DNA of 64,000 nt from Callorhinchus milii (Eukaryota): positions 24,678,001 through 24,742,000 of the forward strand of contig NW_024704743.1 in the NCBI RefSeq assembly GCF_018977255.1, read 5' to 3'. The position numbers and the translations under genes are program-made. This document shows, one piece after another, positions 43,701 to 58,700 of this stretch; the stretch's first letter is position 1; every line of letters begins with the position of its first letter. The notes under the pieces are model-generated. The model was not told the origin of the DNA and searched no databases. It saw only the letters and a program-made list of their open reading frames with translations.

Positions 43701-46700
43701 CAGAGGTAGGTTGGGGAGATGGCGATGAATACTGTAGAGAAGTTTCTCAATGGGGAAGAGGAAGTGATGGTAAGGAGACATGCTTGCCTTCCCCTCAGCT
43801 CAGGAGGGGCTTCCTGATAGACTATAGCAATGGGCGGCATTATTTCCACACCCCACGCTGTGTCCTCCCAACTGACGGCTCCTGCCACTTCCATGAAAGG
43901 ATGGTTTACCAGGGAGCGAGGAAGCAGTCGGCCCGAAGTTGGAAATGGTTCTCGGGCCGATTAAATCATCTCCACCAGTTGGATCATCCTGGTCTACGCT
44001 GACTCTCCAATGCAGTGCTGGGGATGGGGGTTTACATTGGACTGTTTCTGGGAAATTGCTGTGCACAATTGACTGCCGCATTTCGCCCACAAAATACAAT
44101 CAATCCACTTTATAGTATATCCTTTGAATCCTTTGAAAATATAACAACAAGTGAGGGGGCAATATTTAAAATTAAAACAGAAAAACGTCAATCCAAAGCC
44201 AGCTAAAAAAAAAGTTTCAGCCAGAACCATTTACCAATAACTGTGGGGATTTGAATTGAATGAAGCTGGAGAGAACATTAGCTTGGTGCCATCTTTTTCA
44301 ATGTAAGATCAACAATGTGTTACAGTTTTAATGGAACATTCCTGCATACAATACAAATTTACATTTGTTTAGCGCCTTTCACATTGGAAGACATCACAAG
44401 GCACTTGACAATCCTGGCTTGGCACCCAAGCTGGGGATGGGACCTGAAGGGGGAGGGAGCGGAAAAGATGACTGGAAGCACAGTGAGAGAGGAAGGCCTT
44501 GAAATTGACCTTGAAAGAGGTGAGGGAGGGAAAACAATTCAAAGAGATTCCGGGATAGAGTTCGAGAGAATGGGGTTAGTTAGGCTGAAAGCCCAAGCAC
44601 CAACGATGGTAATGGTAGGGAGGGGGACATCAAGCAGACAGGTATTCACTTGAGGACCTCAGCAGCATTTCTGTTTTTAATATATATATATGTATAAAAA
44701 AGGCTGCTATTTTATTTGCTTCATGAATAATAACTTGTGAGGTATAAGAGGGCAGGCAGCCAGTGACCACAGATATAGAAGGAGTCACAGCCTTAAGGAG
44801 AAGAGGTTAGAAACCTGGAGAGGAAAAATAAATAAATTATACTTGCCTCCTTTTCTGAGTATTCTTGATGTTTTCTCGAGTCTCTCTAAGTTGTCATCTA
44901 AACCATCTGTAAACATCAGCACCACCTACAACAACAACTTGGGACTTAAACAGAGCTTTTCATGCAGAATAATAACATCTTCAAAATGCTGGACAGAATT
45001 TATCAGAATTACAAGCTTATTGTTTAATTGGAATAGGACCTTGTGTGTTTGTTGACATATTTATTTCATGCAGACTAAAGAGCAATTTTCCAGGGTCTGA
45101 TTGTCAGCCCGTGTTAATATGAGCTTGATGGTTTGCACATACAAAAATAATACATCCCATGAAATTGGCTGCGAAAAAGTGAAGTCTGGTGCAGATCAAA
45201 TTTGTCGTGACCAAGACAGATCATTTGATGGATAAGCCAGATAATCGGAAAACTTGAGATAATAACGTTAAAAGTGCCCTCATCCTATAAGTTTGTTAAA
45301 GAGAGTACGCATCTGTTGAAAACAAAAAAGGAGAAATTGTTACCTGTATCTTTCCAGCTGATTCAATGAATTTATTGGAAAATGATGCCAAATAGCCTTC
45401 ATTTAAATCAATTCTGCTCGTTGTTCGGATACCCTTCAGGTCATCTACATCTTTCCTATTGTATTCTTTCAATTCTGTTTCAAAGATAGCCTCACCAGTA
45501 TCACTTTGTATATGAAAGCCCACTCTGATTTTTAGGCTGGGATTAGAGGCACAGTTGATTTTATCCACAGACCCAATTCTCTGTAAAATATTCTCTAGTT
45601 TTGCTTGTAGGCCATGCTGACCAGTAAATATTTCTTCTCCTATTGGATGTGTGAGATCAAATCCTACAGCAATATTCATGGAGCAATCTGAAAGGCAAAA
45701 CAAAAGCTTTGTTGAAAAATTGATAATTTGTCAAGACTGTTTATTTAATGTTTTCCCGACCAACACATATATGAAACAAATGTTTACTTCAATGGAGAAT
45801 GTGTGGGACACGAGTATAAATTGAGATAATTTCACCTAATGAGCAGTGGGTGAAATCATCTTATTTTTATACTGATTCAAACTTCCCAAAAGATCCCTTT
45901 GACATGTCCACGGTATTCTTTAACGATGTTAAAGATCCCATGAGAAGGGCAAAAGGAGTTTCTCATGGTGAACTGGCCCAACAATCTTCTAGATAAGTTG
46001 GTCACAGTCTTCAACCCTCTAAAAAAAACTTTGCAGCTTACAATTGTCAACACTGGCAAGTTTCTTGCTATTTCCAGCTGGGAGCACCAAACTCACTTGG
46101 GCTTTAATTTGTAGGGTTAACTGGAGCTGAATGGGAAGAATTCCTGCCCACAATGATCAATCTACCAATGAGCCAGGCTGACTGGTTCATCATCAACAGC
46201 GCCCTGGAGTACTTGATTATCTCAATTATCTTGGAACTACTTTGAGAAGTCTCAACACGAGAGAGGTTATATCAAAGGCAATGATTTGGCATTATTATTT
46301 ATCATCGACAGGAATAGCCCTGTCCAGTAGATTCTTCTGCATTGCCTATCACACAAAAGAAAACTCTTCCCCAAAATACATTGTAGAGGCAGAATCAACA
46401 GTGACGTTTGTCCCCGAGCCAGACTAATAATGTGGGAGTAGAGATATTAAGGGATAGAGTGAAAGGTTGGGGAAATGGATCAAAATTTGGCCGAGGTCTG
46501 TAAATATCTAATGAAAGGCTTAATGGGCCGAATAACCTCTTGCTTTCTTATATTCCTATACGTGGCATTTTTTCACCTATAATAGGTGTTCAACCTAATG
46601 CCTCATGAGGCCCTCATGATGAAACTGGAAGTTGTGGGAGTACATGGCCAAATCTTTTATCCGGAATGTGTACTCCAGCTCCAAGATCTGTGTAAGGGTC

Positions 46701-49700
46701 GACGGTGGACTCATGAACCAATCTCTCTGGAAAGTAGGATAAGGCAAGGCTCCCCATTGTCAACCACTCGATGGTTCTTCAACATTGTGTTGGATAACAT
46801 CGAGGGGGAAGGACTAGGTGTATCTGTTCCAGGCCTCTCTAACAGGATTGTGCAATTTCTGTTCGCAGATGATATTGTGCTGCTGGTGGACTCACCTGGG
46901 ACCTTCTGCGCTGGACTTAAAGAGCCAACTGGTAGGACATGATGGTGGATGCCCCCAAGTGTATAAACATGGTTCTGCACGACCCAAGAGAAGACATCGA
47001 GGGAATTGATTGGAATATATAAGGGACATTTGTCCCAATTGTTGACTCTTATCGGTACCTCGGGGTCATGGTGGACACCAACTCCAGCCTGGACACTGTC
47101 CTGAAGGACAGTGCTGAGAAGGGATGAAGGGCACTCTGGTCATACTAGTTTCTCTTCAAGGACAGCAAGCTCCCAATGCAGATCAAGCTTGTGAGATTCA
47201 AGCCCTGTGTGCAAATAATCCTCTTTTATGGATCCTAGCTCCTGGGGATGCAGCGGAGAGGCTTCCTTCGGCCCATTTGCAAAGTCCAGGATCAAGCAGT
47301 GATGTGGATTGTTGGCAAACATGGGAAGTGGCTAGACTGAGGGAGGACACTGGCCTGCAATGATCTATCACTAAGCACCCTGGAGGCGGATCCTACTTTG
47401 CAGAGGAGTCACTGGGGGTGGCAAGTCCTCCGCCTGAGCTCTTCTTCACCCTGCAAGCCAAAACTCTAAAGGATAGGGTGTTCCTACCTGGACAACTGGT
47501 GGGAAAGCTTGCCAGACAGTGCTGTCAATGGAAAGCTATGCAGCTTTAGCTGGCTAGACTCCAACAGTACCCCAATGCAAACACTGGGGTCGTGCTCTTG
47601 GCTCTTGCTAACCTACCCTAAAACTTACCGGAATTAGGTAAGCGGGATGCATCCCTCCAGGGAGAGAGTGCGCATTCCATTCCAACAATCTGTCTCTGGG
47701 ATTTCCATGTATAGGGGAGGTGCATGGAATTCTCAGTTTGGTTTGGATACTCTTAAGCATGGTGCTGGATTTCCGCATATGTCAGATACTCAGTTAACCC
47801 CCCAAAGTAGTAAGTTTCTATACAAATGTGAATTGCATTGTGTAATATTTCTAGCAGTATGATTAATTGCCACTTGCCTTTTGAGGAGCAAGCACAGATA
47901 CTACGGGTAACTCTTCTTTTAATGTTATTTAAGTCAGCAAAATTCTTGATACTATATTTTCTGTTTGCATCTCCAGCAATTTGTATCAGTTCACTATCAA
48001 CTGCTTCTCCAACTCCAATGGCAAAAACGTTAACCTGTTGTCGCCTCAAACCATTTGCTGGGGCAACGACACTGTCTTGTGATTGTCCATCTGTGATCAC
48101 AAGAAGGTACTGGGGTACTCCTTCGTTCTTTCGACATCCTTCAGTTGGTTCAAAGAAATCATTCACACTTGTCAGGGCCCTTCCAGTGTTAGTTCCTCCT
48201 CCCAGCTGATTCATTTTGTCAATACCGTCGTAAAGTTTACTTTGGTCTTTCAGGTAAATTTCTGGGTGTAGGTCCACACTGTACTGGCCCAATGCAAACT
48301 GGACTTTTCCTTCACCAGTGTCAAACATTGTTATCACGTTTTTCAAGAATTCCTTTATAAGTTGGAAGTCATCTGTTTGAACACTTCCCGAACCGTCGAT
48401 TAGAAAAACAATGTCTGCTTTTTCAACCTCACAGTCTGGAAAATAAAAGCATAAACCATAATACTTGCAGTAAAACAATATTCTATGTAGAATGTTTTTA
48501 AATGTATAAATGCATTGTTTTGTTGTAGTCATAAAGCTAGCAGTAAACACTGTGAAACACTTTGAGACATCTCAACAATGTGAGTATCTAGATCAAATGC
48601 AAGGAATATTATTATAATACTTTTAAACATTAATGTCCTCTTGAATGTGACCTATTACAGGTATGAGCTTTGATTTGAAATGGTTTGATTTTTTTTCCAA
48701 TAGGACTGTGAAAGCTGATCCAAGATGTACATCTCAAATCACTTAGATGTGCATCACATCCAGACAACAGTACCGCAATGTATCCCACAGCATCTGAACA
48801 TTGCAGTATTTTGTTCAGAAGCACACAGCCGCATCTTTGCTATCTCAAAGATTTGCCCATTTTTATTTTTAAACTCCAGGACATTCACACAAATTTTACA
48901 CAAACCATCTGCTCCCCAGTTGGCTGCAACTAGCAGTTTTAAAGGATAAAACACAACAAATGATGACTGATGGGTCTATTATGCTTTGATTGCTATTCAC
49001 TGCAAATATTGTGCCAAATCAACAAGAACAACAACAACAACAACAAGATTCCATTTATAAAGCGCCTTTCACGTCAGGAGGACGTCCCAAGGCGCTGCAC
49101 AGTTGGGTCATGACCCGAGCAGGGGGAAATGGTCAGGGTGAGGGGAGGGAAGGGAGGGAGCGAGGAGGGGAAGAGAGTCGAGAGGGGAGCTGAAGGCACG
49201 GTCAAAGAGAAAGGTTTTGAGACCGGCCTTGAAGGAGGAAAGGGAGAAGCAAGGCGAAGGCACTGGGGGATGGAGTTCCAGAGCCTGGGGGCTGAGAGGC
49301 TGAAGGCCCGACCACCGATGGTAGGGCGGTTGGGGCGGGGGACGTGGAGCAGACCGGAGCCAGAGGAACGGAGGGTACGGGCAGGTAGGTAGGGGGATAG
49401 TAGGTTGGAGAGGTAGGAGGGAGCAAGGCCGTGAATGGCCTTGTAGGTGAAGAAAGACAGTATAAATTGGTTTTGAGACAAGTCAATTTCTAATTGGAGA
49501 CCATTTGCTAAAATCACATTCAGGGGATTGTTTTATCAATATATCACTTTGCAACATTGTGGTACAACACAAAAGTGCACATTTAATGACAGTTTGTTGA
49601 TGCTTAAAAATGGTCCCTTAATTTGTAATGCTATTCAAAAGCCTGTCATATACCTATTAGAGGGGTTCTGTGCAAGGGACCAGTGACACAGATGAAAAAA

Positions 49701-52700
49701 CCTAATGGATTGCAGCCAGATTCAGAACAGGTAGATCTTGTCTGACCAAGCTCAAAGGTATGTTTGAGGAGGTGACATCTCAAATTGACTCTGGAAAGCC
49801 ACAGGACACATTGTGCCTAGACTTCAAAAGTACAATTCGCAAAGTATCACACAAAAGACTCCTTCTCTGACTGTTGTTACTGCATATCAAGACAAGGATA
49901 TTAGATATAAACTGCCTGAAGGGAATGAAGTAGAGAGTAATCATCAAGGGAGCTAGGGCAAAAATGGGGTAATATATCATGCAGGGTGCCTCGAGGGTGT
50001 GTACTGGGACTCGCTAGCTCCCCTCTCGACTCTCTACCCCTCTCCTCGCTCCCTCCCTCCCTTCCCTCCCCTCACCCTGACCATTTCCCCCCTGCTCGGG
50101 TCCCGACCCAACTGTCCAGCGCCTTGGGACGTCCTCCCGACGTGAAAGGTGCTCTATAAATGAAATATTGTTGTTGTTGTGTATACATTATTGTTCCTCA
50201 CAATCAGTCTCTGACTAAAACTGCTCTACTTTACCTTCATCACATTGCGCATCTACACACATGAAATGCTGCTGAAACCCTCACTGATGCCTTTCTTAAC
50301 TCCCAACTAGACTTTTCAAATACATTGCTCTGAACCTGAACTCCAGGTAATGGCTCCTTATTTCCACCATTCATAATCTCCACCTGATCCAAAACTCAAC
50401 TGCCCAAATCCTCACCCGTACCAAACTTTGCATGTCTATCACCCCAGGCTTCACCAGGCTGCACTGGCTCCCTCTCTCCCAGTGGATCAACTTCAAAGTC
50501 TTCAGCCTTACCAATGAATTGCACATGCCCTAGCACTGCCCTACCTCTCTTATCTTCTCCTGTTCTACTGCTTCCTAATTCTGCTCATCAAACTCAAACC
50601 TGCTGTGTGTACATTCGCCTTGCGCTCCACCTTCCCCCCATCCCACCATTGGTGGCCTAGCCTTTAACTCCTACAACAATTTACACTTATATAGTGCCTT
50701 TCAAGTCAGGAGAATGTTTCAAAGTGCTTCATGCCTGACTGGATACCCTTGCTGGATGGGGGAAGCTGAAAAAGATGGGGGTGAGAAATATGACTGAAAG
50801 TACAGTCGAGGAGATGGGTCTCGAGACAAGCTTTAACAATGGCGAGAGATGAGACAAGGCTGAATGGTTGAAAGTTCAACAACTAATGGTGAGGAAGATC
50901 GGGCAAAGGACATGAAACAGGCCGGTGTTCATTGAGTGGAAGGAGCGTCCGTGTTGGTAGGGTTACAGGAGGTAGCAGAGTGATTTGAAATCAGCCCTAC
51001 TATTAAAAATGCAAAATCTATAATGTATTACTTATGTGAAATTACTGCAACCCTTTACTGAAGATTATTCTTCAATCTCAATGGTATAGAAGAATGCAGT
51101 GATGTATGCTGGTAACTATTAGTGCAATGGTCAGAACTTCCAGCCCTAATGTTCTGCCTCCAGTGGGGGTGAGGGCGGAGTGGGGTGGGAGTTGGGGGAG
51201 AGAAAAGGTTTTGCATCATTGTGGTACAACACAAATGGTACATATTCGATGACACTTTTTGTCCAATTGTTAATTATAAAATGATTTCATCAATGAGATG
51301 ATCAAGTTGCATTGTTCATCTCATGTTTATTGATGCAATTTGTTACAATGCTCTGAACTCAACTCCATTGTTTGCTCAGAGTCACATATGGCATTCCCTA
51401 TAAATATGATGGTAGAGGCTATTTTTAGTTCCCATTTCATATTTATATACAATTGTCAACATATTGGCTAAATCAAATAACTTACCAAGGTTACTTGCAT
51501 CGCAAATCAACTGAGAAATGTTTGGGGTTAAATATCTCAGGTTATCATAACGTGGAACATAAAAGTATTTATCCGATCCGGCAATTAGGTTGAGCTCTTT
51601 TAAATCAGCACCAGCAACACCGATAGCATAGATACTAACACCGTGGTCTCGGATGGATTGAGCTGTAGTTTCTAGAACAGCATTATCTGCAGCCTTTTCA
51701 TGAGTGATAAGTATAAGAATCTGTGGCACTTTGCCTGAATTTCGACCATTATATTCTGGAGCTAGAAGTTTTTTGGCATGATTGAGAGCCTTGCTCGTGT
51801 AAGTTTGTCCTTTCGTCAAATTTCCTATTGCGTTGATTTCATTTTGGACTTCAGCTTTGCTCTTCAGTTCATTCAGGTGGAAAATGGTGTGAGGATTGGT
51901 GTCATACAGTACGGCTCCAAACCGAACATTGCTCATGCCAACATCAGAACTATTCACCAATGCCACCATAAATGTTTTCACGAATTGAAACTGTTCCTTG
52001 TTTATATTAAATGATCCATCTATTACGAATATAATGTCTGCGATTTCTGCCCTTCCACAATCTGTAAATAAAAGCACAAATATCATACAAGTTGAAAGGA
52101 AAAAGACAGACATGTCATCCCTCTCCTCCCAATCCTGTTTCAAAGCATTGCCAGTGTTGAAATTATACTTTCTGCAGTCGGAAGCCTAACTATTTTTATA
52201 ATGTGTGTTTTCTCTCGCTTTCTCTTCATCTCTGTTCCATCAGATTCCATTAAAATACAGAAACCTCACCTTGTTCCATGTAGATGTGACTTGATCCCAC
52301 ACATTTGTAAATTATGTCCTATAAGTAAGCACCTAAACCGTAATATATCTCCCGGTCTCAGCCATAAGAATATTGTTGTACAATTCACTTTCATTAAGAA
52401 TGTTGGCATATTCTTACACTCTTAGCTATCAACAACAACTTGGATTTATCTAGCATCCTTCATGCAGGTAGCATCTCTAGCTGGTAGTTTTCCTCATTTC
52501 TTTCTAAGTACTGCAATGAAACAGCTTCCAGATCAACACTGAAATTAAAATAATTAAAAATTCTGGCTAATCTTAAATTTTAAGATTGGCTAAGGCTAAG
52601 AGAAATTTTAAACCTTTGAAACAAATGGTGATGATTAATCTTCCCACAGTTATAGTTTCCCCTTCTTCTCTATAAGCAACTATGTGGAATCCTATAACTC

Positions 52701-55700
52701 AGTGGTTAGAGCACTCGCCTCGCAAGCGAGTTTGATTTCTGGGTTTGATTTCTGGCAGGGCGAAACCTTGCGTAAGTTTCCTTACTCCACACCCCTGATA
52801 ATAATCACTCAAGAAGAAAAAAAAAATTGGTCATTTCAATCCACTACTGTTTGTGGGACACGCTGTGCGCAATTGGCTGCCGCATTTCGCCCACAAAGAT
52901 ACAGTCAATTCACTTTACAGTATATTCTGTGAAGCACTTTGAGACGTCTATATCAGATGCAAGGGTTATTATTTTGCATCACCAATAGCCAAACTGGCGC
53001 TATTTTTGTACATTAGCTATTAATGACAAGAGGGCCATCTTGGCTCAGTTGCCAGCACTCTCTCTTCTGAGTTACAATGTTTGGGGTTTAAACCCAGAAA
53101 TATGACGACTGATCAACTGGCATGTTTCATTTTCGGTTGGACTGAAATTAAATGTGCCAGTTGATTGGTCTGTGTTACACATTCTAGGATGTATATATTT
53201 TTTGGGTCGCATTTTTAAAAATCCAACACGATCTCTGCTCCAGAATATTTTTGCTCTTAGACTGTTGAGCTTTCCCCATAGACCCGAAAATGGACCTAAC
53301 ACCCCCAACTGTACAGAGAAAACCTGTAGACGTGGCAGGTGTGAAAATGATGGTTGGAAAGTCAGGGGGCAGAGCTTCCACCTACTGGCTGATTAGTGAT
53401 TATATAACGTTTCATCTGAATCTTTTACTGGTGTTCGCAGTTTCACACACTGCAAGGTGTAGCATTAGTTAACACTGGTATTACTTTACACCAACACTAA
53501 TTAAAGAATACCACAAACTTTATTCCAGTCTTTTCCTTTTTGTTTTAAGCAACATGATGCAGACTGCTCTGATAGCAAACAGGTGGAGAGAGGAATGTGC
53601 TGCCACAGCCAGCCATTTAGCATTAAACTTAAAACAATCGCAATTCATAATGACCTCCATGATATTATACAGCGATAATTATTGCATCCAAAGTATTATG
53701 AACCACTTGTAATTTTCTTACCCATTTCAATAAATTATCACGAGAATTATTATCTATAACAGATGTACAAGCCAGATAATTATCTTTAATTCTTAAAACA
53801 ATTTTTTCCTACCTTTGTGTGAATCGCAAATCTTGCTTAAAATGTCTGTTTTCACTTGTTCCAGAGCATCATATTCTTCAATGAAATGCACTTGATCATC
53901 AGATCCTGCGATCTCACGAAGCTGCTCCCAAGGAGATTCGGCGACACCAATGGCAAAAGTAATGATTCCTTTATCTCTTAAAGCTGTAGCAGGTGCAACA
54001 ACCGAATCCGATGAATATCCATCTGTAACCACTATGAGGTACTGTGGAACACTTAGTCGACCTCCTTTTGATCCATCAAAGTAATCTGCAGTAAATGTCA
54101 GGGCACGACCGATTTCGGTTCCCCCTTTCAAATGGTCCATTGTATTTATGCCTTGTATTAAGTCAGGTTGTGTAGAATACTCATTAAGCTTGAAGACCAG
54201 TGTAGGTTGACTTGCAAACTTTATTACACCAATTTGAACTTTATCTAATCCAATGTTGGTCTTATTCACAAAAGAGATCATGAAATGTTTTATTTTTGGA
54301 AAATCTTCATCTTTTATACTTCCTGATTCATCAATTAGGAAAATGATGTCAGCCTTGTCCAGTTTACTGCAGGCTAAAAGAAAGGAAAAGTATACATTAT
54401 AATAAAGGCACCACATTATTGCACGATGAGCCCGGATCGCCACACTTTCAAATAGCATTCTCCTGCTTTTTCTCAGTGGAATAATAGAAGGAATGGAAAA
54501 TGAACTGAACAAAAGACTGAATAGAGATAGTAGGTGAGAGAATTAGTGCACTAATGCAATTTTTATAATGCACAAACTGTGCAAATGTGCAAATCTCACT
54601 GCCTACCACAGGCTACCGAAACCCTCATACATGCCTTCATTACACTGAGGCTCGAATATGCAAACTCATTGCTTGTTGGCCTCCCCAACTCCTCCCTCTA
54701 CAGGCTGCAGATGATCCAGAATGCTCCTTGACCCTACCACCCCCGCCCTTGCCCAACTCCACTGGCTTCCTATCACACAGAGGATTCAGTTCAAGATCCT
54801 GGTCCTCACCTTCAAAGCCCTCCACGGTCTTGCTCGCCCCTACCTCTCTGACCTCCTAACCCTCCACCAACCTCTTCGCTCCCTCCGTTCTGCGGGCTCC
54901 AGCCTGCTTCGCGTCCCCTGCCTATTGGTGGGTGGGACCCGCCACTCTGCCCCCACCATCTGGAACTCAATTCCGCAGTCCCTCCGCCTTGTCCCCTCCC
55001 TTGCCACCTTCAAGACTTACCCGAAGACCCTCCTCTTCGACCGTGCTTTCGATCTCCCTGCTTGCCTCCGCTGCCCTCCACCCTCCCCCACCCTGAGCCC
55101 CAGCTTGGGTCCATAACTCTGTCTGTCCAGCACCTTGGGACGTCCTCCCGACGTGAAAGCTGCTATACAAATGTAATTTGGTTGTTGTTGTTGCCTGCAA
55201 GTAGTGCTCTGGATGATGCAAAAATTAAGGAATGGAGTGTATGCGTGTGCATGAAAACATATGCAAGGTACATTGCTTAATGAGGTCTTGAATGTTTGAC
55301 AAAATAGGCCATGTTTTTGATTATTGAAGGGCGAATGGTGATACAGGCCAACAGACTGATGGAATTTCACATAGATGACTTTACCTCTCAATTTTCTAAC
55401 CTATCACTTCTTTAATGAAGGTAAGTGGTGGGGTAAAGTTCCACAGTCACCAGCTGGCATTGCGTGCTTCACCCGTGTATCCAGGATTGGCCATTGGTAT
55501 ACTCAGGTGAGTTCTAATTATATTTGCCATTGTGTTATACTAACGCTGATCCTAAGTGCAATATAGGGGTCAGGTTCCTCCACGTGATTTTTAAGCCAAT
55601 AGTTATGTCCTGATTTCCTGCACACGCCCCAGATTCTTCTCAAATATATAACTTTCTTTTCCCCCCGAGCTTCCTGCTTCTCTTCTGAGAAGATGGGAAA

Positions 55701-58700
55701 TTGAGTGGGTAGAAGATCACCTCCAGTTTTCAGCCATGGCAGGTTCTGTGCTTGAAGTACCATCACTGTCGCTTTGTCATTGTAATAATTGCGGACCAAT
55801 GCTAAATATTGTGTGGAGGATTACATTGAATGGTTCTCTTGGCTCTACAGCTAAAGTTTCTCAGCAAGAATTGGCATGAAGCCAAAAGACTCTTTGATGC
55901 ACCCCTTATGAATAGCTGGTGATAATGATTAAAACTTTAGGCGAATCTTCAAGCAGTGAGCAAAGCAATCTCATAATTAAGCACTATTGAAGTTATAAAC
56001 TGCGAGTAAAATAATGAAAATGGGTAGAACTACAAAAACAGTCAAAGCAAATGAAAAATTATTTTTACACCATTTTTAAAAAAAAATAAAACAAAGTACA
56101 CCTCATCCACAGTCAGTCCTGCCCTGCTGAGGAATGGACTCAGGTTATTATTAATGTCTGCAGTGGCCCACGCACTCATATTTCCTTGGGGAAAGGGCAA
56201 GGAGTGGGGTGGGAGTGGGGGCGGGAAGTCTCCTGGGGGCTGAGGTGGCTCCAATGTAATATGCTTGGCAACAAAATGTTGAAATCAAGTCAATCCTCTG
56301 TGGTGGTCTCAGTAGTCTGGTTTCTGAGACCTGTGGGTCCAAAGTACAGTTGGAGATAGACTAACAAGCCTGGCTCATTGGCAGGACGTGGATTGTGGAT
56401 TGGTAGACTAACCAGTGAGAGCAGAAAATTCTTCCCACTCTACTTTTGTTATCTCTATGCTATTGGGTAGAATGGTTCTATATGGACAGGTAGTGGGAAG
56501 CTTGGCAGACAATCCTCTCGATGGCAGATTTAGCTGTTTGAAATCCGGGGGTCCCAGAGTGTGTGTTGGGTACTGATGGACTTCAAACATCTAAATCTGC
56601 CATTGAGAGCATTGTCAAGACTGGCTCTCAAGACTCTGCACCTAATGCTCTCCAGGATTAGGTAAGCAGGGTGGGTCCCTATGAGGGAGAAAGTGTGCAT
56701 TACATACCAAACAAAGGGAAATACCCAAGTGCATTTAATAATAATAATCCTTGCATTTGATATAGTGCCTAGTCACATCTTCGAGACATTTCAAAGCACT
56801 TCACAGAATATACTGTAAAGTGAATTGACTGTATATTTTGTGAGTAAAACGCAGCAGCCAATTGCTTACAGCAGTGTCCCACAAACAATCGTGGATTGAA
56901 GTGACCAATATGTAATTTTTAAAATTATTATTTTGTTCAAGGAATTATTACCCCTGGACAAGCAATCCACTAATCGACTAACAAACGGGTTCCTACTTAC
57001 TGCTAGGTAAATAGAGGCATGTGGAGTAAGAAAACTTGCCCAACATGTCGCCCTGCCGGGAATCAAACCCAGGTCGCTTGTTTGCAAGGCGAGCACTCGA
57101 ACCACTGAGCTACAGGACTCCACATCAACAACAACAACACGATTCCATTTATAGAGCGCCTTTCACATCGGGAGGACGTCCCAAGGCGCTGTACAGTTGG
57201 GTCAGGACCCGAGCATCGGGGGGAAATGGTCAGGGTGAGGGGAGGGAAGGGAGGGAGCGAGGAGGGGATAGAGAGTTGAGAGGGGAGCTGAAGGCACGGT
57301 CAAAGAGAAAGGTCTTGAGACCGGCCTTGAAGGAGGAAAGGGAGGAGGCGGCGAAGGCACTGGGGGATAGAGCTCCAGAGCCTCGAGGCTGAGAGGCTGA
57401 AGGCCCGGCCACCGATTGTAGGGCGGTTGGGGCGGGGGATGTGGAGCAGACCGGAGCCAGAGGAACGGAGGGTACGGGCAGGTAAGTAGGGGGATAGTAG
57501 GTCAGAGAGGTAGGAGGGAGCAAGGCCGTGGATGGCCTTGTAGGTGAGGATGAGGATCTTGAATTTGATCCTCTGGGGGATAGGGAGCCAGATGTTTTTG
57601 GCATACATATGTGAAATCCTCAGTTAGGTTTGGATACTCGTAAGTATGATGATTCAATTTCTGCATATGACAAGACACGCGGTTGACCAAATAAAATTCA
57701 AGAAAGTTGATCGCTTTGAGTTAATATTATCATCTAACCTTCTTTGGAACAGATGTCCTGCACGATCTGGGGTTTCAAATCTTTCAGGATATCAAAATTA
57801 GTTATGTTGAATACTCTTTCGGGAGCATCTCCAATCTCGTTTAGTTGAGTGATGTTTATATTACCCACACCTACAGCGTACATAACAATTCCTTCTTTTC
57901 TTAATTCTTCAGCAGGATACTTTACATTATCATGTGCCTCTCCATCTGTAACAATGATCAGGAAGCGTCGTACTCTACTGTTGCGACTTTTTTCTGCTTC
58001 ACTGAAGAGATTTTTCATGTACTTCAGTGCTCTTCCTGTATAAGTATCTCCCCCAGCTTGTGTAATTTGACCAATTGCCGACTCCACCTTTGTGACACTG
58101 GTATATTCAGTGGCGGTAAATGCTGTTCGTGGTGCATTGCATACATGGCAACGCTAGTCCGGACCTTTTTTGGTCCAATATGGAATGTCTTCACTATGTC
58201 ATTCATGAATGTTTTGATGTAAATGAAGTCAGCAGGTTGTATACTGGATGATTCATCAATCAGGAAAAAGATGTCGGCTTCTTCAGTCTCTGCACAGCCT
58301 GAAGAGAAAAAGTGACATGGCTTCAATCACTGAAATCAACCATCTGCATACCATCTTATCTCACATTGCAACAAGCTCTTTCTTTAAAATCCATTATTTC
58401 TGACAGAGGGTAAAAATAAAAAAGTTCAAATAAACAAATAAAAGAAATTTATCTGGGCATCATGGAGCCCAAGGTTGAATTCAGGCTATCTGGCTTAATA
58501 AGTGGAAAAAAATAAGCCAAGTCTCTGCTTCTGATCACAATATAGGGATCCTTCCAGTAAAGTGCTAGTGTAGACATAAAAGAATAGGATCAGGTTTTCC
58601 TGTAGTGCCTACGTGTTGGAAATAACTGAGCCGATAGGATGGGGGAGGTGACTGTAAGCACGTAAGTAAGAAGAGGAAGATCTTCAGGCATGAGTTGAAG

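Noticed and set aside
5948..58222. Plus-strand ORFs overlapping VWA exons (e.g. 5948, 10010, 47838, 57849)
   Set aside because: Antisense shadows of the collagen exons with no independent protein features.
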